Notes under the pieces: model-generated | Database searches by the model: none | What the model saw: the letters and a program-made list of their open reading frames with translations, nothing else | Told to the model about the DNA's origin: nothing | Assembly: GCA_950097015.1 (NCBI GenBank) | Contig: CATNEN010000003.1 | Coordinates: 4,588,001 to 4,652,000, forward strand | Length of the DNA stretch: 64,000 bases | Source of the DNA: Macrostomum hystrix | Taxonomy: Eukaryota; Animalia; Platyhelminthes | Reading direction: 5' to 3' | Position numbers and translations under genes: made by a program | Shown here: positions 56,701-64,000 of the stretch, piece after piece | Layout: every line of letters begins with the position of its first letter | How positions within the stretch are numbered: position 1 is the stretch's first letter

Positions 56701-57054
56701 AAATTATTCACGTGCGCAGACTGACTATATTTCGGATGTTGGTAGGAGCTGAGTTTTTACGATAAGTGAAAGAGCTGGTGTTGTACCTGAGTAGCGCGGG
56801 GCTCTCTACTCGTAAATGTTAGTTTCGCGAACTGGAGCTTAAGCGCAAACAGAGAATGACGTCATTTATTTGATTATAAGTTCAGGACTGACTTCCTGCG
56901 ACTGGAAACGTATGTGATCAAATTGATTGGAGGTGCAACAATACAATTGAGTTCGAGGCCACATTCATTTGGGCGAAGCCGCTGTGATAATGATTGAAGG
57001 TTTGCCGTGAATTTGCAAACCAAAGAGGATCAATTAACCTCCATGCAGGAACAG

Positions 57055-57140
57055 GTGTGAGTGTGCACTTTTCACATGCATATGTGTTCTGAGGAATTGG
57101 TGTAATGGGCAGAATTGCCTCCTCGTTGTCTGCGGGTCGA
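57055..57140 (+). mobile_element. Diverged tRNA-SINE family 1 core fragment
   Basis: AATGGGCAGAATTGCCTCCTCGTTGTCTGCGGGTC. Confidence 0.7.
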
Positions 57141-57479
57141 CAATTGTTAGTGTTTTTAACGGCTGAACATTTTTAATAGCAAGAACTAAGTGCCCTATAG
57201 CTAAAACCTATGCATAATTACACATTGAATCTTCAAGGCTAAATTGCCTTAATAACAATTTTCTGTCTGCCTACCTACTTCCAGCAGGCACGCATGAAAG
57301 CATAATGTTTTCATTTTGGTATTATAAAATTCCTCATTCCCAGGATAAATATAATTCTATCTGATCGTTCCATCAGATTTTGAAATCCTCATATAGTCTA
57401 TTGAACATCATAAAACATCGATTGCCACTGTAGTGAACTAGATATTTAGGTTAAATTCCCTCAATAAAAAGTAATTTTT

Positions 57480-57790
57480 TTAATTATTACAACATGCCCC
57501 GATTGGGTCAGATGTGCAGCCGACAGCACTGCCGCAGCTATTGCGCGGGGCATCTGAGGGGCATTTGTGAAGACTGAGCTAGTACGGCTGTTCAGTCCAT
57601 GGACTGAACCCCACAGAGCTATTACCCCAGCAAATGCTGGTATAACCACGGAACAGCTGGTGAACTGAAGCAATGCAAGGTTATGGTGTCTTGCTAAAGG
57701 ACACAAATTGTTCCAGTGGAGTCGGGATTCGAACACCCGAACTTCAGTTCGTGAGTTCACCGCTTTTACAACAAGGCTACAATTAACCCT
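57480..57790 (-). mobile_element. tRNA-SINE family 2 (CORE-like)
   Basis: Minus strand: B box GTTCGAATCCC, then TGTGTCCTTTAGCAAGACAC..CTTCAGTTCACCAGCTG, resembling the CORE domain. Its 3' part recurs at ~55845-55955 and 34260-34310. Confidence 0.6.
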
Positions 57791-58265
57791 GGCATGAAAT
57801 GAATATGCTCGTATAGCCTCTCAGCGCGTGTGCTTTAGGAAATGATACAGCTTGGTTTGCTTTGTAGAAATTTATAAAATTGTTATTTTACATTGCTACT
57901 AAAAGGACGATCCACAAGAACATCAGACAAATGACTAGAGTTACCCAAAATCTGAACTATTTCGAACAGTTTGAACCAATAACTTGGTCTTAAGCAAAGT
58001 GTTGAGTATATTTCTATGAACTCTGGAAATCATGCACTTATACGAGTACTAACGCGTATTTTCAATAATCAGTTTCCACTCGCAGCGTTCACTCGGGGAG
58101 ACCTCAGCTCAGAACACGTGACGAGGTCTCAGAATAATGGCATTACAATCACGCAGCATTTCAGGGCCTCAAAGTTGTCCATGAAGACTCGATTCGCACG
58201 TATCAAGCAACTGATAACGTCAAGATACAACACCGCAGTGACGAGACAGTGCAGCTTGGAAATGC

Positions 58266-58603
58266 CTATAAATCGATATTTTTGCCTCCAGATATAGCTG
58301 TCATGAAATTAAAATTTAGCGATCATTGCAACAAACTCAGCGTAAGTTTTTTTCGCTGTTCTTAGCTACCCACTGAACTCAAGAGTTTGAGTCTTAGCTC
58401 AATGGGAAACCAATTAGTGTCCAATAAGTATGAGTGCGCTCACCTAGCGGTAAATTGCGGACAATAGCTCAGGTGAATGTCAGGTGGGTGTGGCATGGTT
58501 ATTGAGCTGAGCCTTTGAGATGTGCCTTTGTCTTTGGCTACACATATAGTGGAAGACTTGAAAAGATTACTGTAAGATACAACACAACTTCGTGCATCCG
58601 CAG
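58266..58603 (+). promoter_or_regulatory. Putative TATA box and 5'-UTR intron of the GH45 gene
   Basis: CTATAAA at ~58266; donor GC|GTAAGT at 58342; acceptor CCGCAG at 58603, 24 nt before the ATG. Confidence 0.5.
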
Positions 58604-58627
58604 ATCACGCCGGGTTCCTAAAAAGCG

Positions 58628-59602
58628 ATGCAGCAACCCACAAAGTGGCAAGTAGCCACGCTAGTCCTAGCCTTGTGTGCCGCCTCAGCTTTTGCCAACA
58701 TTGACTGGAATGGCAACAATTGGGCGCACGCCTGCGACTTCCGAGGCAACGACCTGTCCAATGTGCGTATTCCTTCCGAACAGTGCGGCGGCAGGTGCGC
58801 CAGCACCCACGGCTGCACGCACTTCACCTGGACTACCCACAATGGCGGCACTTGCTGGATGAAGCAAGGCAGCGTTTCAAAGAGCGACGCCTTCCCGACA
58901 GGCGATAGAACCATGGTGTGCGGTGTCATCAACGATAACGGTGGCGGCGGCGGCGGCGGAGGCGGTGGCAACAAGGTCTCGGGATTCACGACCCGCTACT
59001 GGGACTGCTGCAAGCCGAGCTGCTCTTGGCCCGGCAAAGTGCCCGGAGTCAACAAGTACGTGCGGGCCTGCTACCGCGATGGCTACGGGGTGACTGGCGA
59101 TCCCAACGGTGGAAGCGGCTGCGGCGGAGGGCCGGTGTTCGCATGCAACAACAACCAGCCGTGGGCGGTCAACGACCAGCTGGCCTACGGCTTCGCCGCT
59201 GCCACCATCCCCGGTCTAGACGAGAGAGGCCGCTGCTGCGCCTGCTACAAGCTGGACTTCACAAACGGACCAGTGCAGGGCAAGTCTATGGTGGTGCAGG
59301 TCACAAACAGCGGAGGCGACGTCCACCCGAACCAGTTCGACCTACAGATTCCCGGTGGCGGAGTCGGCATCTTCAACGGCTGCAGCGCTCAGTGGAACGC
59401 CGGACCCGATGGCTGGGGCCAGCGCTACGGCGGAGTCTCCAGCCGCAACGAGTGCAACGCGCTGCCCTCACAGATCCGCAATGGCTGTTTCTGGCGCTTC
59501 GACTGGTTCAGGGGCGCCGATAACCCGGCCATGGTCTACTCGAGGGTGCGCTGTCCCAATGAGCTCGTGGCCATCAGCGGCTGCAGGAGGGACGATGACT
59601 GA
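58628..59602 (+). CDS. Secreted GH45 endo-beta-1,4-glucanase with N-terminal PAN/Apple-like module
   Basis: Signal peptide; CDFRGNDL..C...C....GCTHFTW....GTCWMK; Gly linker; GH45 signature TTRYWDCCKPSC, YGFAA, VVQVTNSG, QFDLQIPGGGVG, QRYGG, GCFWRFDWF. Confidence 0.96.
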   Translation: MQQPTKWQVATLVLALCAASAFANIDWNGNNWAHACDFRGNDLSNVRIPSEQCGGRCASTHGCTHFTWTTHNGGTCWMKQGSVSKSDAFPTGDRTMVCGVINDNGGGGGGGGGGNKVSGFTTRYWDCCKPSCSWPGKVPGVNKYVRACYRDGYGVTGDPNGGSGCGGGPVFACNNNQPWAVNDQLAYGFAAATIPGLDERGRCCACYKLDFTNGPVQGKSMVVQVTNSGGDVHPNQFDLQIPGGGVGIFNGCSAQWNAGPDGWGQRYGGVSSRNECNALPSQIRNGCFWRFDWFRGADNPAMVYSRVRCPNELVAISGCRRDDD

Positions 59603-60308
59603 TGCAAAGCAAAGGGCTGTGGTTTTTCCTCCTGGCTAACTAGTGATCTGACGGCTCTCTTTAGATACCGAAAGTACAAAAGTACTTTAAATCTGACGTT
59701 GAAAGTTGAAAACTGATTAAAATTAAAAACGCTATGTCTTATTTTTAAGCGGTCCTAAACCAGAGCGCCACCAGTGATAGAATGCGGCAATAATTGACAC
59801 GCAAAAACTTTTTATTTTAATTCAAAATGAGACAGTCAAGCAGTGGTTTAATCAGTTAATAACGAGAAGTTCAAGTGTCACTAACTGATGAGTTTGATTG
59901 CCTACCACACACAGTAGAGTAGAGCCTAATTAGATGCGAAAATGGGAGACAAAGTTGAGGAAACTGCCCCTCTACCGAAGCAAAATGTCTACTCGTAGAT
60001 AAGCATAATTTTAAGCGGAAAAAGATATTTGAATAATATTCTAATATAGCGCTATAAGTAGCTAGATAAGCGTATGCAAATAGCCAACATAACGGAAGGT
60101 AAAGAAAAGTAACAAGGTGATCAACTTATATAGCAGAAGGAAACAGTGACCATCAAGAAAGTGACTATTGTATGGCACTATATATACTAAAATACACGAA
60201 AATTCTGGATAACGCCAGCTTGGAGATTCGCTCAGCCAATAAAATTTAACCAAAATAGTCACGTGATTAAAGACGAATTCCAGGAAACCCCGCCACGCCA
60301 CCACGCCA

Positions 60309-63300
60309 TCAAGCCTTGGCAGAATCGGCTGATCCCGGCGGCCTGATCAACAACTCGGCAGTCAGCCGGCGAACTTCAACAGAATCTCCGGCGGCTGCAG
60401 TGGCAGCTGTTGGCAGCACAATATTGCGAAACTCGTAGCTCAACTCCAGTCGAAGGCCTTCACTAGAAGCCAGCGCTCTGGGACAGCGCAGCCGAGCCAG
60501 GAGGCCCAGCCGGCCCGAACCGCGGAACGCCACCTCGTCGGGCCTGTCGGGCTCCGCAGTGGACGAAGAGCCGGTTGGGCTAACCAAAGATGACGGATCG
60601 TCGAAATCTAACCCGGCGGCGTCGCTGCACGGTCCCAGGCTGAAGTCGCGGTCTGGCAAGGCGAGCCGGTCGTCTAGAGAGCGCAGGCGAACTCCAGTAG
60701 CCTTGGAGGCCGGATTCGTCAGCAGCAGAACCAGCTGGCAGCTGATGAGGGGCAGTTCACGGTGGCGATTTAATTAGTTTGGCGACCTTTTAAGCCAGTG
60801 CTTCGAGCTTCGGATTCTGACTAATAGGTCAAGAGTTCGAATATTCGCTCCAGGGAAAAAGTTTTTTTTCCGACATTTTCCCATAATACTGGCACGGGAT
60901 AATTATTTATTAAAAATCTAACAAATATTAAATAATAAATATTTATAAGAATTACTTTAAATAAATGATAAAAGTTTATCAAATAAAAAGTTTTCAAAAA
61001 ATTCTATTAGATCTAATAATTATTTTCTATATTTTGCTGAAATGATTTAAGATCTTTCCAAGAAATGTTCAAAGATATTTCCAAGAAACTACTTTATATC
61101 TTCTACATAAACTATTGAATATTTCTGTGAAGACTAGAGGATTTTCAAGAAATCAGATTTCGAGAAATTTCCAAGAATATATTAAATAATTTTCTAAGCC
61201 AAGATTTGTTCTGTTCGCAAAGCACACACTTATTAGCTAGTTAAGAAATAAAATAAATGGATGCAAGAATCTTACGCATCGGATCCCTCGCCGCCGTCGG
61301 CATCTCCAATGCTGAATAGGCGCACCTCGGGCACATTGTACAGGGCGCACAGATTGATCTTGAATTTCGTAGCAGCCGGATTCAATTCCGGCTTACTCAA
61401 ATTGTGATCGCATTGGCGACAGCGCAGAGAGCGTTTGCAAAGCACCGGCTTGCTGATTGGCGCCAGCTGGCAGCTGCGCTCTGGTTGGATCTCCGGATCA
61501 GCCAATCGCTGAGCTAGGCTGCTGCGGGTGTGCAATCCGGGAGCCAATGGCGACTGCTCCGGCACCGGCGCCAGCCAATAGGATTCGTCGAGATCATCTG
61601 GCGGATCGGCAACTGCCACGGCCTCCGGAATTTCAACTGGCTGGGGCCTGTTTGAGAAATGCGACAGCAAAAATGCATGCACTTTTTGGATTCAGAATCC
61701 TAATCTGTTCTATGAAAAAATTCCCATTTTTGAGTCTAGAATTATCCCATCGATTATTATTTCTGAACCTAGAATTATCCCAATTGATTATTATTTCTGA
61801 ACCTAGAATTATCCCAATTTATTATTATTTCTGAACCTAGAATTATCCCAATTGATTATTATTTCTGAACCTGGAATTATCCCAATTGATTATTATTTCT
61901 GAACCTAGAATTATCCCAATTGATTATTATTTCTGAACCTGGAATTATCCAAATTGATTATTATTTCTGAGCCTAGAATTATCCCCATCGATTCCTATTT
62001 CTGAGTCCAGATTTATCCTCATGGGTTCTCATTTCTGAGTCCAGATTTATCCTCATGGGTTCTCATTTCTGAGTCCAGATTTATCCTCATGGGTTCCCAT
62101 TTCCGAGTCTATGTTTATGCCATCGCTTTTTATGATTAAAAGAAAATATGTTTTAAGTCTATTTTGTTCAAGCATGCAGAAGAAACTATAGACATAAATA
62201 ACGAAAAATCAAACACCAAGTTGGAATTTTACTCTTCATGCACTTTTTGCCGCCTGTAAGTAGTATAGAGGCACTTGTACTTTATAATACAAATCACGTA
62301 ATAAATAAAAATAAAGTAAACTATCGCAGAACCTGTAACTGAATTCGTCATCGTATAGTGGAACCAGTTTGAATCTGAAATAATCAATCTTGCTATATAA
62401 GATCACTGTTCGTCCGCTACAAATTACATAAGCGAACTAAGTGTAGTCTAGATAGTTATTGATGCTTGAGAAACCAGGTGAAACAAATAATAATAGAGGT
62501 TAAATTGTGCTCCGTTTTTTCATAGATAACGTTGCGTAAGCTGGCATAACACCACCATAGACAGGTATGAGAGAGGTAAAAACTGATATGTTTTACGTAA
62601 ATATTAATCAAATCACTAAGGCATTATATTAGAATTGCAAAAGCCTTCAGGTGACCAGCGACAGCAGCTAGCGAGGAGGCGAATCGGCCAATTCCGCTGA
62701 CATTTGCCCCGACTTTCTCATCTTCTCAGAAGACACTAAACTCCATCTTACCCAACTTAGCTGCAAAATGGTTACTTATAATCATCTAGGGTGAAAATTG
62801 GGGTGGGTGTGATTGCCCTTTGAAAAGGGCATTAAGTGTACTTTGAAAAAACTGCACTCACGTGAAATGACTTGGATTGGCCAAGCTCTTCTTGCGCAGC
62901 GCCACAGAAGCCAGTCCATATCTGTCCGATAGGCCGGGCGAAAAGAAAGACTTCTTGCGGACGGCAATCTTCTTTCGCTCCTTCTCGGCCTTCTCTTTTA
63001 AGGCCAGCTGGCGAAAGGCTTCGGTTAGGGTGGACAATCGCTTGGAATTGTCCGTGCGAGACTCGGCACCTTGAGCTAGGGCTCGCCAGGACACGGACGG
63101 GGCCCGCTGATCCGCAATGCCACCGTCTCGCGTGGTCCAACTGGATTGAACAGATCATTTGGGAGGTCTAATGGTCCTGACAGCCACTCTACTGGTCCTG
63201 ACAGCCACTCTACTGGTCCTGACAGCCACCCTACTGGTTCTGACAGCCACCCTACTGGTCCTGACAGCCACTCTACTGGTCCTGACAGCCACCCTACTGG

Positions 63301-63878
63301 TCCTGACAGCTACTCTACTGGTCCTGACAGCCACTCTACTGGTCCTGACAGCTACTCTACTGGTCCTGACAGCTACTCTACTGGTCCTGACAGCCACTCT
63401 ACTGGTCCTGACAGCTACTCTACTGGTCCTGACAGCCACTCTACTGGTCCAGACAGCTACCCTACTGGTCCTGACAGCTACTCTTCTGGTCCTGACAGCC
63501 ACTCTACTGGTCCTGACAGCTACTCTACTGGTCCTGACAGACAGTCTACTGGTCCTGAAAGTGCCTAATTTACTTGTGCTGGCTGTAAGTCTACTTATCC
63601 TAAAATTAAAACTTCAAGTCATGAAAGCACTTTTATACCCTCTAAAAATAAAAATGGAATTAAACTCACCGACAGAAAGCACACACCAAATAGTAGACCT
63701 TCTGTACCGCCTGTTTATTTGGATCCTCTGGACTGGGCATTGTGGCCGAAGTTGCTCTAGTTGACAAAGTGTGACCACAACTGGGACAATCGTAGCAGGC
63801 ACTGCACCTGTTTTTCTTCACTTTAGCTTCTCCACTGGACATATAGTCCAGACAGTTGGGGCAGTATTGGCAGTCAAC
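60309..63878 (-). CDS. DCTN4: Dynactin subunit 4 (p62), 3' exons; 5' end outside window
   Basis: Exons 63878-63670, 63140-62862, (62374-62333), 61647-61276, 60741-60309 in phase. Motifs YCPNCL...[59 protein letters not shown]...VPEVR, LLTNP. Confidence 0.94.
61720..62110. repeat. 34-bp minisatellite in DCTN4 intron
   Basis: (TCTGAACCTAGAATTATCCCAATTGATTATTATT)n, grading into a variant unit. Confidence 0.92.
63170..63560. repeat. 21-bp minisatellite in DCTN4 intron
   Basis: (ACTGGTCCTGACAGCCACTCT)n. Confidence 0.96.
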
Positions 63879-64000
63879 CTGACAAATTGATGGTCAAATT
63901 ACACCAGAATGTATATTTACAAGCTTATTTAGCCTACAAAATTTATTTGTACATACAAGATTTGTTGTTTAAGGCAACAAGAAAATGAAATTACTAGGCT

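Noticed and set aside
56600-57000. Possible decayed RT fragment (VKELVLYLSSAGLSTRK)
   Set aside because: Too short and interrupted to support without a search.
63146-63764. TGPDSHS heptad protein resembling a Pol II CTD
   Set aside because: 21-bp intronic minisatellite antisense in DCTN4, open in multiple frames.

Overview
Eukaryotic (invertebrate animal) genomic DNA: GT-AG introns, tRNA-derived SINEs and very dense intronic minisatellites. A flatworm such as Macrostomum is a guess from overall style, not established. No prokaryotic features. Left to right: an intact BEL/Pao LTR retrotransposon, truncated by the window edge and nested in a SINE inside an intron of a WSC-domain gene; two tandem, diverged paralogues of an unrecognised single-pass membrane protein; a ~1.2-2.2 kb tandem duplication; a small RING-finger gene; a Penelope-like relic; two tandem intronless stonustoxin-like (MACPF/CDC) pore-forming-protein genes; a C14orf119/DUF4508-like gene; a 5-exon HDAC11 with a complete GT32 (DXD) glycosyltransferase nested antisense in intron 2; several MITEs, one at the junction of a duplication upstream of HDAC11; a secreted PAN/Apple-GH45 cellulase with an intronless CDS (HGT candidate); and the 3' exons of DCTN4. 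Best leads: the SNTX-like gene pair, the orphan receptor-like tandem family, the PAN-GH45 gene, the transposon-bounded duplication and the conserved structured SINE core. All family calls are motif recognition from memory; no searches were run.
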